From an uncultured Eubacteriales bacterium (GTDB taxonomy: Bacteria; Bacillota; Clostridia; Oscillospirales; Acutalibacteraceae), in assembly GCA_905198155.1 (NCBI GenBank), contig CAJKBQ010000004.1, positions 28,875 to 92,874 on the forward strand: DNA of 64,000 bases. Direction: 5' to 3'. Position 1 is the stretch's first letter; the number at the start of each line of letters is the position of its first letter. The position numbers were made by a program, and so were the translations under genes. Shown here one piece after another: positions 48,368 to 59,517 of the stretch. The notes under the pieces were generated by a model. It saw nothing but the letters and a program-made list of their open reading frames with translations. It ran no database searches and was not told where the DNA came from.

Positions 48368-49480
48368 TTACGGCACATCGTCCAGCAGCATCCCGATCAC
48401 TGAGTTGGACAGCAGGAACCCGTCCTCCGTCAGCGACAGCGCCTCGTCGGTCATCCGAACCAGCCCGGCGCGTACCAGCGGCTGCGCGGCGCGCCGCATC
48501 GCGTCCGGAATCCCATGTCCAAACCGTGCGCGGCAGTCTGCCGCCCGCAGCCCTTCCGTCAGCCGCAGCGCCAGCATCGCATATTCCGCAAAATCGCCGC
48601 CGCGGCCGTCCCCGACCGGTTCCGCACCCGATTCAAACAGCCGGATGTCACGCGGATAGTAAAACCGCCGGCCATCCAAAAACGAATGCGCGGCCGGGCC
48701 AATCCCCAGGTACGGCGCATCGTGCCAATATTTCAGGTTGTGGCGGCTGGCGAAGCCGGGGCGCGCAAAATTGGAAATTTCGTACTGCGCGTATCCGTGT
48801 GATCGGAGCGCGGCGCAAACGGTGTGATACAGCGCCACCTGCGCGTCGTCGTCCGGCAGCGCCAGCTTGTCCGCGCGCGCGCCGAACGCCGTCCCCTGCT
48901 CGACTTTCAGCAAATATGCGGAAATATGCGGGACGCCCAGCGACGCGCAGAAATCCACGGACCGGCGCAGCGAATCGGCCGTCTGGCCGTGCAGCCCGAT
49001 CATCAGGTCGAGCGAAAGATTGCGGAATCCGGCTTCCTGCGCCGCGTGTACGGCTTCCGCCGCCTGTGCCGCCGTATGGCGACGCCCCAAAAAGTGCAGC
49101 TCGTCCGCGTCGGCGGATTGCAGCCCCATCGACAGCCGATTGAAGCCCCCGGCCCGCATCGCCCGGAACAGCAGTTCCTGCGCGGACGCCGGGTTGGCCT
49201 CTGCCGTGATCTCCGCGTCGGGTGCAACGGCAAACGCCGCGCGCGCCGCCGCCAGCATTCGGTTCAGCCGCGCCGCGCCAAGCAGCGTTGGCGTTCCGCC
49301 GCCAAAATAAACGGTATCGACGGGCGCGGAAAGGCGCGCGCCCCAATGCGTCAGCGACGTGCAAACGGCGTCGGTGTATCGATCCATCGCCGCTGCATCG
49401 CCGCGCATCGAATAAAAGTCGCAATAGGGGCATTTTCCGTCGCAAAATGGGATATGAATGTAAAGTCCTATGGGCTGCAT
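48368..49480 (-). CDS. hemW: Radical SAM heme chaperone HemW (HemN-like).
   Basis: HIPFCDGKCPYCDF CxxxCxxC motif. Confidence 0.8.
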   Translation of the reverse strand: MQPIGLYIHIPFCDGKCPYCDFYSMRGDAAAMDRYTDAVCTSLTHWGARLSAPVDTVYFGGGTPTLLGAARLNRMLAAARAAFAVAPDAEITAEANPASAQELLFRAMRAGGFNRLSMGLQSADADELHFLGRRHTAAQAAEAVHAAQEAGFRNLSLDLMIGLHGQTADSLRRSVDFCASLGVPHISAYLLKVEQGTAFGARADKLALPDDDAQVALYHTVCAALRSHGYAQYEISNFARPGFASRHNLKYWHDAPYLGIGPAAHSFLDGRRFYYPRDIRLFESGAEPVGDGRGGDFAEYAMLALRLTEGLRAADCRARFGHGIPDAMRRAAQPLVRAGLVRMTDEALSLTEDGFLLSNSVIGMLLDDVP

Positions 49481-49610
49481 TCGATTTCACTTCCTGTTCT
49501 TTCAATTCAAAAAGACGGAGGGTGTGCCATCCCGCACGCCCTCCGTCGGCAATCATTCGGGTGCAATTTTTTTGATCGTGTGGCGGCGAAAAAAAGGAAT
49601 GCTTCCCCAT

Positions 49611-49660
49611 CCCCCGCCGCCACTCGACTATATCCGGAAAACTCAGATCATCCCCGTGAC
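49611..49660. repeat. Direct repeat copy A (~50-75 bp). Duplicate of the 3' end and downstream flank of the DUF11 gene.
   Basis: TCCCCCGCCGCCACTCGACTATATCCGGAAAA[C/T]TCAGATC... is shared with 49757-49806. Confidence 0.7.
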
Positions 49661-49756
49661 GGGCTGCACGCAAGCACCGGACGATTTCGTCCGCGCGTCG
49701 TTGCCGGAACGCGCGCGAACGGGTCTTGCGGCGGTGCGGCAAGTGATACTCCGCCC

Positions 49757-49806
49757 CATTTCCCCCGCCGCCACTCGACTATATCCGGAAAATTCAGATC
49801 GTCCCG
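49757..49806. repeat. Direct repeat copy B, spanning the stop codon of the DUF11 gene.
   Basis: See copy A. Confidence 0.7.
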
Positions 49807-50648
49807 GTAACGGTCAGCACGCTGACCCCCGGCGTCACCGTCCACGCACTGGTCGTTGAATTCTGGACATACGTCGCCGCCGGAACGGTAATCTGCCCCG
49901 GAACGGTCGCAAAGGCGCCGGTTGCGGCGTCGTAGGTGTAGTTGGTCGGTTCCGTCCAGGCCGTCCCGTTGAAGGTCACGGAAATGGCGCGCAGCGGCGG
50001 CGTGAACGTATCCGTCACCGCGGCCAAGTCGGCCGCATCCGCCGCCGTATTGCCGCTGTTTTCGATGGTAAACGTGTAGGTCAGCTGTCCGTTTTCCATC
50101 ACCTGGGTCGGGCTGAGTGATTTGGTAATCGCCAGCTGCGGTTCAGCGCGCACCGTAATCGTTTCGGTGTCCGTCGGCGCAGTGGTCAACCCGTCGCCGG
50201 TCACGGTAATCGTGTTCACGATTGTGCTGTCCGCATTCAGCGGCGCACTCGCATTCAGCGTCGTTTCGTACACCAGCACCGCATCGCCGCCCGCCGGGAT
50301 ACTGATCCCGCTGAACACCAGCGGCGGGCCGGCAACGACCGTCGGCGCTGTTTGCAGCACGCCGTTGACGTAGTACCGCACGGCGTCGGCCGTGTAGGTG
50401 AGCGGCGTCAGCGTGGATGTGTCAAACGTATATGCGCCCAGATTATCGGTCACGGTCAGGCCGGTGAGCGCCGTCGTGCCGGAATTGACGATGCTGATCA
50501 CATAAGTGACGTGGTCGCCGGGACCGTACGTCCCGGTCAGCGCCGTTTTCCGAACGGCCAAAACATCCACCAGTTCGCCCGTCGTCGTGTTCGACTGGGT
50601 ACTGATCCCGTTGTAGGACAAGGTTGCCTGATTATAAAAAGTTGCCAT
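49794..50648 (-). CDS. DUF11/'conserved repeat domain' protein (Thr-rich beta-repeat protein; no signal peptide seen).
   Basis: Repeats of the TVTD..G.. type. RBS AAGGAGG. Confidence 0.55.
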   Translation of the reverse strand: MATFYNQATLSYNGISTQSNTTTGELVDVLAVRKTALTGTYGPGDHVTYVISIVNSGTTALTGLTVTDNLGAYTFDTSTLTPLTYTADAVRYYVNGVLQTAPTVVAGPPLVFSGISIPAGGDAVLVYETTLNASAPLNADSTIVNTITVTGDGLTTAPTDTETITVRAEPQLAITKSLSPTQVMENGQLTYTFTIENSGNTAADAADLAAVTDTFTPPLRAISVTFNGTAWTEPTNYTYDAATGAFATVPGQITVPAATYVQNSTTSAWTVTPGVSVLTVTGTI

Positions 50649-50915
50649 GCGCATCCTCCTTGCTGTGTGATGACAAATTGATTTGTCACTGTCACAATAT
50701 GCGGAACGCAGGCGGAGCGTGCGAATTATGCGCGCGATTCGGAGTACGGATCCGGGTCCTCGTCGTCCGGCAGCGCTGCCGGCCCATCCTCGGCCGGAAT
50801 CCACTGGTTTTCTTCGTCGTCCGTCCACACCGGACGGTCGTTTGGTTCGATCACCGCAATCGCTTCCTTTCTGCAAAAGCTCGGGTGATCCTATCGTATG
50901 CACCGGCGCGCCGGA

Positions 50916-51422
50916 TTATACGCCCTGTTCCTCCAGGTAGATGCCGCGTTCGGAATCCAGCCGCAGCGCGGCATGGCCGTCGTCCAGCCGCTGCATCAGC
51001 ACCCCGCTGGCACGGATACACACCACCGATGCGCACCGCGCCTCCGCCGCCTCAATCAGCGCCTTCATTCGCAGCGGCGCCTGCTGCACCGCCTGGGTGC
51101 GATACGTCAGCAGCGCATGAACCTCCTTGCCGCGCAGGTCATGCGACCGGAGGAATGCCGTCACCGGCGGGCACACATGATCCGCCCACACCGGCGACGC
51201 AACCACAATCCGCTCGTAGGATGATACGTCTTCTTCCAACGGGCGGATGGCGCAGCCGCCGCCGCGCATGGCGGTAGGCAGCCCCCGCAGATATACGGTA
51301 ATGGAATTATATGGATGTGCCTGCGGAATCTCGACCATCTCCCCAAACAGCGACTGCTGCAAACTGCTGCACAGCCGACGGGTGCATCCGGTTCGGGACG
51401 TGTATATGATTAAAGTCTTCAT
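50916..51422 (-). CDS. Flavodoxin family protein.
   Basis: MKTLIIYTSRTGCT flavodoxin-like N-terminus. Confidence 0.65.
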   Translation of the reverse strand: MKTLIIYTSRTGCTRRLCSSLQQSLFGEMVEIPQAHPYNSITVYLRGLPTAMRGGGCAIRPLEEDVSSYERIVVASPVWADHVCPPVTAFLRSHDLRGKEVHALLTYRTQAVQQAPLRMKALIEAAEARCASVVCIRASGVLMQRLDDGHAALRLDSERGIYLEEQGV

Positions 51423-51625
51423 TTCTTTGAATTCCTTTCATAAATCGTGCAAAAACGATGCTTTTTTATTATACTTCGTACCGCGCAAAAAATAAACCCT
51501 TTTTGCGAAAAAAAGGCCGGTAAATATGAAGAAGGTGTAATATTTTCGCGAAAGGGCTTTTCCTTGCACCGGAAAAATGCTATAATATGTAGCAAGAATC
51601 ATTCGCATCGAAGGGATGGATTGCT

Positions 51626-52072
51626 GTGAGCGAAGAAGTTTACGCGCGGCTGATGCTGGCGCTGATTGGGCTGGCGCTGGGAACCGTGCCGATGGTATAT
51701 GGGATTATCCGGAAACAAATACTGGCCGGGATTGCGGCGGCGGTCGTGTGCGCGGGCGTATCCGCCGTCGGGCTGCCGTATGCGTGCCTGCTGCTGGCGC
51801 CGGGCGCATTTTACCTGATTTATGTGCTGGCGCGCAACAAAGACGATGCCGACCGCAAAAAACACCGCGCAGCGTACAAAAAACACATCCGGCAGGAGCT
51901 GCAATCGCCGGATATCCGCACCAGCGGAATGGTCGAAAACCGCGACGCCGCCAACACCGCGTGGCCGCCGGTCGATCAGGTGATGGACGCGCAGGCCGCC
52001 GAAGAATATCAGCAGCTGGCCGCCAAAGAAGAAGCCGCGCGCGTGCAGCCGGACACGTCGCAACCGTCGTAA
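51626..52072 (+). CDS. Small hypothetical membrane protein.
   Basis: Two hydrophobic helices plus a charged C-terminus. GTG start. Confidence 0.45.
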   Translation: MSEEVYARLMLALIGLALGTVPMVYGIIRKQILAGIAAAVVCAGVSAVGLPYACLLLAPGAFYLIYVLARNKDDADRKKHRAAYKKHIRQELQSPDIRTSGMVENRDAANTAWPPVDQVMDAQAAEEYQQLAAKEEAARVQPDTSQPS

Positions 52073-52218
52073 TCGTGCCAAAATTCACTTTTATTTCGTC
52101 ATTTGTTGCCGGATGTGCCGAAAAGGGTTTCTTTTTTCAAATTGCTGTGCTATAATGCAGATAAGCCCCCAGGAATGACCGCTTGGGGAGGCAAAAAGCG
52201 AAAGGATGACAAAACATC

Positions 52219-53337
52219 ATGGATCAGAAATTACGCATCGGCATCATCGGCACCGGCGGGATCGCCCACAACCACATGAAGGCGTACCTGCACATGGACG
52301 ATGTAGAGATCGTCGCGGGCGCGGACATTGTGCCGGGGAAAGCGGAGGCTTTCTTTGAGGAATTCGGGCTGGAAGGCGTGCATTGCTACACCGACCACCG
52401 CGAAATGCTCCAAAACGAGCAGCTGGACGCCGTCAGCGTCTGCACGTACAACCGCCAGCACGCGGTGTGCGCCATTGACGCGCTGAACGCCGGCGTCAAT
52501 GTGCTGCTGGAAAAACCGTTCACCGTCACCACCGAGGAAGCGGTAGAAGTGATGCGGGCCGAGAAAAAGAGCGGAAAAGTGCTGTCGATCGGGTTCCAGC
52601 CGCGCGGCGACGAAAACATGAAAATGATCAAAAAAATCGTCGAATCCGGCACGCTGGGGCAGATTTATTACATTCAGACCGGCGGCGGCCGGCGGCGCGG
52701 CATTCCGAACAGCACGTTCATCGAGGATCGCACGGCCGGAATCGGTGCGCTGGGCGATATTGGATGCTATTCGCTCGACATGGTACTCAATGCCATCGGC
52801 TACCCGAAGCCGTTGACCGTCAGCGGCTACAAATCGGCGTTTTTCGGCACCAATCCGAAGTACGCGACGGCGGATAAAACCCACACGGCGGCAGAAAATG
52901 CTGCACGGTTCAGTGTGGACGACTTCGCAGCGGCGTTCGTCCGGCTGGAAGGCGGCATCATCCTGGACTTCCGCATTTCGTGGGCGATGCATCCCGACAC
53001 GCCCGGCGACACGATTATTTTCGGCACCGAAGGCGCGCTGCGCATTCCGTCCACCGACTGCTGGAACGGCACCGTCGGCGGCCCGATGACGCTGTATCAC
53101 GACGTTGCCGGTCAGCGCACCGAAACAGTGATCCCGATCATCGAAAACAAAACCAAAACGCCCAACTGGACAATTCTGTGGGACACCAAGATTCGCTCGT
53201 TCCTGGACGCGATTAAGTTCGGCACGCCGGTGCTGGCGCCGTCGTCGCAGATTCTGTACAATCAGGCGATCATCGATCACATCGTCAAATCCGCGGAATT
53301 AGGACACGAAATTGAGGTCAAAATTCCGGAAATCTGA
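52219..53337 (+). CDS. Gfo/Idh/MocA family oxidoreductase.
   Basis: N-terminus IGIIGTGGIAHNH. Rossmann fold. Confidence 0.85.
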   Translation: MDQKLRIGIIGTGGIAHNHMKAYLHMDDVEIVAGADIVPGKAEAFFEEFGLEGVHCYTDHREMLQNEQLDAVSVCTYNRQHAVCAIDALNAGVNVLLEKPFTVTTEEAVEVMRAEKKSGKVLSIGFQPRGDENMKMIKKIVESGTLGQIYYIQTGGGRRRGIPNSTFIEDRTAGIGALGDIGCYSLDMVLNAIGYPKPLTVSGYKSAFFGTNPKYATADKTHTAAENAARFSVDDFAAAFVRLEGGIILDFRISWAMHPDTPGDTIIFGTEGALRIPSTDCWNGTVGGPMTLYHDVAGQRTETVIPIIENKTKTPNWTILWDTKIRSFLDAIKFGTPVLAPSSQILYNQAIIDHIVKSAELGHEIEVKIPEI

Positions 53338-53382
53338 TTCCGGGTTTGAATAAAATAAAACGCACAAAGGAGTAAACACATC

Positions 53383-54105
53383 ATGGAATATGGCATTCAA
53401 TTGTACAGTGTGCGCGATTTGTCGAGCAAAAGCCTGGACGAAGCGCTGCGCCAGGTTGCAGAGATCGGGTACAGGTTCGTAGAATTCGCCGGGTTCTTTG
53501 ACCACACGGCGGACGAAGTGGCCGAAATGCTGCACAAATACGGGCTGAAAACCTCCGGTACACACAGCGGCATCGCTCCGCTGCTGTCCGATTTTGACGC
53601 GACTGTTGCATATCACAAGGCCATTGGCAACCACAACTACATCATTCCGGGCACCGACCTGTGGACGCGCGCAACGCTCGACCAGTTTATCGCCGACGTC
53701 AACAACGTGCTGCCGAAGCTGGAAGCCGCCGGGTTCCACATGGGCTTCCACAACCATCACAAAGAATTCAAAACGATGGATGAAGGCTACGTCCCGTACG
53801 ACGAGCTGGTCAACCGCACGAAGCTGCACTTGGAGATTGACACTTACTGGGCATATGTTGCCGGTAAAGACCCGGTCGCGCTGATGGAGCAGTACAAAGA
53901 CCGTCTGGATTTCATTCACATCAAAGACGGATCGGCCGACGGCCACGGCACGCCGCTGGGCATGGGTACTGCGCCGGTCGCAGCCGTGTACCGCAAGGCG
54001 ATCGAGCTGGGGATCCCGATGGTGGTCGAAAGCGGGACCTGCACGCCGGACGGCATCACCGAAGCGCGCATCTGCTTTGAGTATCTGAAAAAACTGGAAG
54101 GCTGA
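53383..54105 (+). CDS. Sugar phosphate isomerase/epimerase (xylose-isomerase-like TIM barrel).
   Basis: AP_endonuc_2-like sequence. Confidence 0.75.
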   Translation: MEYGIQLYSVRDLSSKSLDEALRQVAEIGYRFVEFAGFFDHTADEVAEMLHKYGLKTSGTHSGIAPLLSDFDATVAYHKAIGNHNYIIPGTDLWTRATLDQFIADVNNVLPKLEAAGFHMGFHNHHKEFKTMDEGYVPYDELVNRTKLHLEIDTYWAYVAGKDPVALMEQYKDRLDFIHIKDGSADGHGTPLGMGTAPVAAVYRKAIELGIPMVVESGTCTPDGITEARICFEYLKKLEG

Positions 54106-54130
54106 TTTCGGCTTTTCCTGCATCAACATT

Positions 54131-54171
54131 GCGAGCGGGACGGTTCTCTTTCGGAGCCGCCCCGCTTTTTG
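54131..54171 (+). terminator. Rho-independent terminator.
   Basis: AGCGGGaCGG...CCGcCCCGCT plus TTTTT. Confidence 0.6.
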
Positions 54172-54244
54172 CGTCCAGCGATGTGCAGACAGCAAACTGC
54201 CCGCCCATGCAGCGCGGCACGGGCGGGCGGTTGAAAATTTGAAG

Positions 54245-56173
54245 TTATTCCGCAGTGCGGTGATCCGACGGCGGCGCAATCGGCTGCGGGCCATCCGCGG
54301 CCGGTGCTTCGGCCGGGAGTTCCGTTTCCGGCTTGCCTTCCATCAGCGCTTTGAATTTCTTGCCTTCCACCTTTTCGTGTTCGATCAGGTACTGCGCGAC
54401 AACGTGCAGCTGGTCGATGTGATCCCGCAGAATCTGCTCCGTTTTGGCGTAGGCATCGCCGACAATCCGGCGGATTTCGGCGTCGATTTCGGACGCGATT
54501 TCCTCGGAATAGTTGCGGATGTGACCCATATCGCGGCCGAGGAACACCTCGTCGTTGTCGGAGCCGTAGGAGATCGGGCCGAGCTTGTCGCTCATGCCGT
54601 ACTTCGTCACCATGGAACGGGACAGCGCCGTCGCGCGCTCAATGTCATTGGACGCGCCGGTGGAAATATCTTTGAGAATCAGCGCTTCGGCCACGCGGCC
54701 GCCCAGCAGCACGGCAATATCTTCGTACATCTCGCCGCGCGCGCGGTAGGATTTATCCTCCGACGGCAGCGACATGGTGAATCCACCGGCCATGCCGCGC
54801 GGAATGATCGAAATCTGATGCACCGGATCCTGCGTGGGGCAGTAGTAGGTGACAATCGCGTGACCGGCTTCGTGGTACGCTGTCAGTTTCTTTTCGCGTT
54901 CGGTCATCACATGCGACTTTTTCTCGGTTCCGACGACGACTTTGATCGTCGCTTCCTCGATTTCCTGCATGGTAATCGCTTTGCGGTCGCGCCGGGCGGC
55001 CAGCAGTGCCGCTTCGTTCAGCAGATTTTCGAGGTCGGCGCCGGTGAAACCGGCCGTCGATTTGGCAATTACAGACAGTTCAACATCCGGAGCGAGCGGC
55101 TTCCCGCGCGCATGGACTTTCAGGATTTCTTCGCGGCCTTTGATGTCGGGGCGGCCAACCATCACCTGACGGTCGAACCTGCCGGGCCGCAGCAGCGCCG
55201 GGTCAAGGATATCAGGCCGGTTGGTGGCTGCGATCATAATCACGCCCTGGTTGGAACCGAAACCGTCCATCTCCACCAGCAGCTGGTTCAGCGTTTGCTC
55301 GCGTTCGTCGTGTCCGCCGCCGAATCCGGCGCCGCGCTGACGGCCGACCGCGTCGATTTCGTCGATAAAGACGATGCACGGCGAGCTTTTCTTCGCCTGG
55401 TCGAACAAATCGCGCACACGCGATGCGCCGACACCGACAAACATTTCCACAAAGTCGGAACCGGAAATCGAGAAAAACGGCACCCCGGCTTCGCCTGCGA
55501 CGGCGCGCGCCAGCAGCGTTTTACCGGTGCCCGGCGGGCCAACCAGCAGCACGCCTTTCGGGATTCGAGCACCCAAATTATCGTATTTCTTGGGATTTTT
55601 AAGGAATTCGACAATTTCGCGCAGCTCTTCTTTTTCTTCATCCGCACCCGCGACGTCCGCAAACGTCGTTTTCCGCTTTTCGTCGTTCAAATGCTTGACG
55701 CGCGCGCGGCCAAAGTTCATTTGCTTGCCTGCGTCGCCCATCGTGCTGCTGATCTTGCGGAACATGAAGAAGTATATTGCGCCCATCGCCACCACCATCA
55801 GCAGGTACGGCAGCAGCTGAACCAGCACGCTGGTCTCTTTGCGCGGCAGGTAGTTGTATACGATCTTATCGTCGGGGTGCGCTTCGTTGTACGACTGAAC
55901 GTAGGACCGCACATCTTCCAGAAACAGCGACACGTTCGGGACCTGATATGTGATGACCTTGTTGGCGTCGCTGCGCAGTTTGATCGCGCACGCGCCGGTT
56001 CCCAGATCCAGCTCAAACTCCGACACCTGATCTTTTTCAAAGTACTCGATCACGCTGGAATATTTGACGGACGGAACCGTCCGCTGATTCAGCGCAAACC
56101 CGATAACGATCAGGACGATGATCGGGATACCGACATACAATAATATACTGCGCAAATTCTTGCGAGAATCCAT
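54245..56173 (-). CDS. ftsH: ATP-dependent zinc metalloprotease FtsH.
   Basis: AAA Walker [14 protein letters not shown] zinc motif. Two N-terminal TM segments. RBS AAGGAG. Confidence 0.95.
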   Translation of the reverse strand: MDSRKNLRSILLYVGIPIIVLIVIGFALNQRTVPSVKYSSVIEYFEKDQVSEFELDLGTGACAIKLRSDANKVITYQVPNVSLFLEDVRSYVQSYNEAHPDDKIVYNYLPRKETSVLVQLLPYLLMVVAMGAIYFFMFRKISSTMGDAGKQMNFGRARVKHLNDEKRKTTFADVAGADEEKEELREIVEFLKNPKKYDNLGARIPKGVLLVGPPGTGKTLLARAVAGEAGVPFFSISGSDFVEMFVGVGASRVRDLFDQAKKSSPCIVFIDEIDAVGRQRGAGFGGGHDEREQTLNQLLVEMDGFGSNQGVIMIAATNRPDILDPALLRPGRFDRQVMVGRPDIKGREEILKVHARGKPLAPDVELSVIAKSTAGFTGADLENLLNEAALLAARRDRKAITMQEIEEATIKVVVGTEKKSHVMTEREKKLTAYHEAGHAIVTYYCPTQDPVHQISIIPRGMAGGFTMSLPSEDKSYRARGEMYEDIAVLLGGRVAEALILKDISTGASNDIERATALSRSMVTKYGMSDKLGPISYGSDNDEVFLGRDMGHIRNYSEEIASEIDAEIRRIVGDAYAKTEQILRDHIDQLHVVAQYLIEHEKVEGKKFKALMEGKPETELPAEAPAADGPQPIAPPSDHRTAE

Positions 56174-56205
56174 GAGATCACTCCTTTCGGCTCCGGGGAA
56201 CCACA

Positions 56206-56742
56206 TTATTTTTGATAGACCGACGGCTTCAACACACCGATAAACGGGAGATTCCGGTATTTCTCATCATAGTCTAAGCCGTATCCGACGATAAATTCGT
56301 CCGGCACTTCAAAACCGACGTAGTCCGCATGAATATCGGCCTGGCGACGCGACGGTTTGTCGAACAGCGTGCAGATTCGCAGGCTGCGCGGATTGCGCGC
56401 CCACAGCATATGCATCACATAGTCCAGCGTCATCCCGCTGTCCAGAATATCTTCGATAATCAGCACGTCTTTGCCCTCGATCGGGTGCGACAAATCCTTC
56501 AAAATCTGCACGACGCCGGTGGTTTTGGTGCCGGAACCGTAGCTGGACACCGCCATGAAGTCGATCGCGCACGGCAGATTCACCTGCCGCATCAGGTCGG
56601 TCATAAACATCACGGAGCCTTTCAGGATCGACACCAGCAACAGATCTTTGTCCTGGTAATCCGCTGTAATCTGACGGCCAATCTGCGTCACGACGCGCTG
56701 AATTTCTGTTTCGTTGTAAAATACCTTTTCGATGTCATTCAT
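56206..56742 (-). CDS. hpt: Hypoxanthine phosphoribosyltransferase.
   Basis: PRTase motif [13 protein letters not shown]. The ATG overlaps the tilS TGA (ATGA). Confidence 0.9.
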   Translation of the reverse strand: MNDIEKVFYNETEIQRVVTQIGRQITADYQDKDLLLVSILKGSVMFMTDLMRQVNLPCAIDFMAVSSYGSGTKTTGVVQILKDLSHPIEGKDVLIIEDILDSGMTLDYVMHMLWARNPRSLRICTLFDKPSRRQADIHADYVGFEVPDEFIVGYGLDYDEKYRNLPFIGVLKPSVYQK

Positions 56743-58100
56743 CGGGGAAACGCTGGACATGGCAACTCCTCCATCCAAATCCGGATCTGCCGCGGGCCTG
56801 TGGGCGCTGCCCACTCTGCCGTGCCGAGTCCTTCGACCCACGCGATACGGCCGTCCACTTCCAAAATGGCGATACGGCTGCGGCGGTCTGCCGGAATTTT
56901 TGCCTCATTCATGAATTTTTTGACGGTCTTGGTAATGCCGCGCCCCACCGGTCGGATTTCGTCTCCGGGGCGTCGGCTGCGCAATTGCACTTGCTTTGAT
57001 TTTGTTATTGTATCATAGTCGAGCGAATCAGATAAAGATTTTTTGTAAATTTTCTGTGCAGATTCCGCATTTCCGCACGATTCCGCTAAAAAAAGCTGCC
57101 GTCCGCACCATTTTGCGCGTATTGGCAACGAAACAGACAATATCAGCGGCGTCGGTTCATCGACCGGCACCGCAGCAAACGACAAAATTCCGGCGCTGCA
57201 CTGTATGCGCACGCCCCCGGGCAAATCGACCGCGCCGCCGGCGCGCAGAACGTGCGTCAGCTGGGCGATGTGCCGATCCGACAGATCGTGCCGGATCCCG
57301 CGGGCGGCGCAGATTTGCCGCAGTGCCTCGCTGCACACAGCCGACGGGGCATCCGCCAGCGCCACGGCGCGCCATCCGTCCGGCTGCGCGGACGATGCGC
57401 ACAGCGCAGCCGCCGTCTGCACCACGAAGTCGTGCTCCGCCTGCATTTGGCGCGTCATGCGCAGCACAGCGTGCTCCAGCTGCGGGTTCAAAGTGCGCAG
57501 CGCCGGAATCACCTGATTGCGGATGCGGTTGCGGGCATATGCGTCGTCGCCGTTGGTTGAATCCTGCACGAACGGGAGCTGGCGGGCGGCACAGTATGCT
57601 TCGATTTCGGCGCGCGTAAACGACAGCAGCGGCCGCAAAATCCGGCCGCGCACGCGCGGAATCCCGCACAGGCCAGCCGGTCCGGCGCCGCGCGTTAAAT
57701 TCAGCAGGACGGTTTCCGCCTGATCCGACAGCGTGTGCGCTGTTGCGATCCACCGGGCGCCCACTTCGTCGGCCGTTTGGGCCAACAATTGATAGCGCAC
57801 CCGACGCCCGCATTCTTCCAGCCCGATTTTCTCCCGGGCGGCCTGCGCCGGGATATCTACGCGGTACACGCGGCACGAAATGCCGTGCGATGCGCACCAG
57901 CTTTCCACCAGCGCGGCGTCGCGGTCGGCTTCTGCGCCGCGGATGCCGTGATGGACGTGAACCACCGTCAGGGGGGCAATGGGCAGGCGCACCAGGCCGT
58001 CCAGCATTGCCATGGAATCCGCGCCGCCGGACACCGCTGCGACGATGCCGTCCCCGGCGCGATAGGGTGTTTCCGCCAGTCCCTGCGCCAGATCAACCAT
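56739..58100 (-). CDS. tilS: tRNA(Ile)-lysidine synthetase TilS.
   Basis: PP-loop SGGADS. Confidence 0.85.
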   Translation of the reverse strand: MVDLAQGLAETPYRAGDGIVAAVSGGADSMAMLDGLVRLPIAPLTVVHVHHGIRGAEADRDAALVESWCASHGISCRVYRVDIPAQAAREKIGLEECGRRVRYQLLAQTADEVGARWIATAHTLSDQAETVLLNLTRGAGPAGLCGIPRVRGRILRPLLSFTRAEIEAYCAARQLPFVQDSTNGDDAYARNRIRNQVIPALRTLNPQLEHAVLRMTRQMQAEHDFVVQTAAALCASSAQPDGWRAVALADAPSAVCSEALRQICAARGIRHDLSDRHIAQLTHVLRAGGAVDLPGGVRIQCSAGILSFAAVPVDEPTPLILSVSLPIRAKWCGRQLFLAESCGNAESAQKIYKKSLSDSLDYDTITKSKQVQLRSRRPGDEIRPVGRGITKTVKKFMNEAKIPADRRSRIAILEVDGRIAWVEGLGTAEWAAPTGPRQIRIWMEELPCPAFPR

Positions 58101-59466
58101 TGCGGTGCACCATGTCCTGACCGGTGAAGCGCGTGAACTCGCCCTGCCAGTGCAGCTTGACCGTATCGGTGCGGCCGTGACGGTTTTTGGCCACGATGCA
58201 CTCGCTTTCGTTGACATCGGCTTTTTCTTCGGCGTTGCCGTCTTTGTAGTATTCGTCGCGGTAAAGGAACATCACGATATCCGCATCCTGCTCGATGGAG
58301 CCGGAATCCCGCAGGTCGGACAGCATTGGCCGGTGCGATTCGCGCTTTTCGGTGCTGCGCGACAGCTGCGACAGCGTCAGCACCGGCACGTCAAATTCTT
58401 TGGCCATATTTTTCAGGCTGCGGGTGATGTCCGATATTTCGAGCACGCGGTTGTCCGAATGGCGCGCGCCGGACGAGGACATCAGCTGCAGGTAGTCGAT
58501 GGCAACCAAATCCACGCCGCCCAAGCGACGCAAGCGGGCTTTCATTTCGGGGACGGTGATGCCGGGGGTATCGTCAAAATACATCTCCGTGCGGCTGAGC
58601 ACGTCCGATGCCTGCGCCATTTTGCTCCAATCGCCGGGTTGGAGTTTTCCGCTGCGCAGCCGGTCGCTGGGGATCAGCGCTTCCGACGACAACAGCCGCA
58701 TCACCAACTGCTCCTTGCTCATTTCGAGCGAGAAAAAAGCGACGCGCTTCTGCGCTTTCAGCGCCGCATAGCGCACAATATTCAGCGCAAAGCTGGTTTT
58801 GCCCATACCGGGACGCGCGGCCAGCAGCACCAGGTCGGTTTTATTCAAGCCGAAAATCACGTCGTCGAGCGCGGCGATGCCGGTCGGGACGCGCATGGCG
58901 TCGGGGTCGGATTCGTTGAGCTTGCCGAGCGTATCGTACGCTTTGATCAGGATGGTTCGGATCGGTTCCAGCCCGGTCGTACGCGCATCGCCGCGAATGC
59001 CGAGGATTTTTTCTTCGGCGGCGTCCAACAGCTCAGCCGGGTCGGAAGCGCCGTCCGTCGCCGTTTCGATAATATCGCGCGCAGCAGTAATCAGCGCGCG
59101 CACGTTGTATTTGTCGCGCACAATCTGCGCGTACGTTTCAACGTTCGCGATGCTGGGCACCAAATTGGCCAGCTGGAGCAGGTACGTTTTGTCGCTGGTT
59201 TCGTCGAACGTGCGTTCCATCCGCAGCCGATCCAGCACCGTCACAAAATCGATTTTCTGCCCGGCGGTCAGCTTTTCGAGCATGATGGTATAAATGGTGC
59301 GGTGCTTTTCCAGGTAAAAATACTGGGGCGACGGCAGCAATTCCATCACGCGGTCCAGGCAGGAAGCATCCAGCAGGACTGCGCCCAGCACCGACTGCTC
59401 CGCTTCCGGGCTGTACGGCAGGCTCAGCCCGTCGTACCCGGCGGTCGGTTTGATTTTCTCGTCCAT
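58093..59466 (-). CDS. dnaB: Replicative DNA helicase DnaB.
   Basis: DnaB N-terminus plus a RecA-like domain (GMGKTSFAL). Confidence 0.9.
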   Translation of the reverse strand: MDEKIKPTAGYDGLSLPYSPEAEQSVLGAVLLDASCLDRVMELLPSPQYFYLEKHRTIYTIMLEKLTAGQKIDFVTVLDRLRMERTFDETSDKTYLLQLANLVPSIANVETYAQIVRDKYNVRALITAARDIIETATDGASDPAELLDAAEEKILGIRGDARTTGLEPIRTILIKAYDTLGKLNESDPDAMRVPTGIAALDDVIFGLNKTDLVLLAARPGMGKTSFALNIVRYAALKAQKRVAFFSLEMSKEQLVMRLLSSEALIPSDRLRSGKLQPGDWSKMAQASDVLSRTEMYFDDTPGITVPEMKARLRRLGGVDLVAIDYLQLMSSSGARHSDNRVLEISDITRSLKNMAKEFDVPVLTLSQLSRSTEKRESHRPMLSDLRDSGSIEQDADIVMFLYRDEYYKDGNAEEKADVNESECIVAKNRHGRTDTVKLHWQGEFTRFTGQDMVHRNG

Positions 59467-59517
59467 CTCTGCGGCGGCTCCTTTCCTTCGGTTCATCCGG
59501 CCGAGCCGGATGCGGGA

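Noticed and set aside
51616-52155. 179-aa ORF starting at ATG 51616.
   Set aside because: Its product is Arg/Ala/Gly-rich with no features. The overlapping GTG-initiated frame (51626-52072) encodes a plausible two-helix membrane protein.
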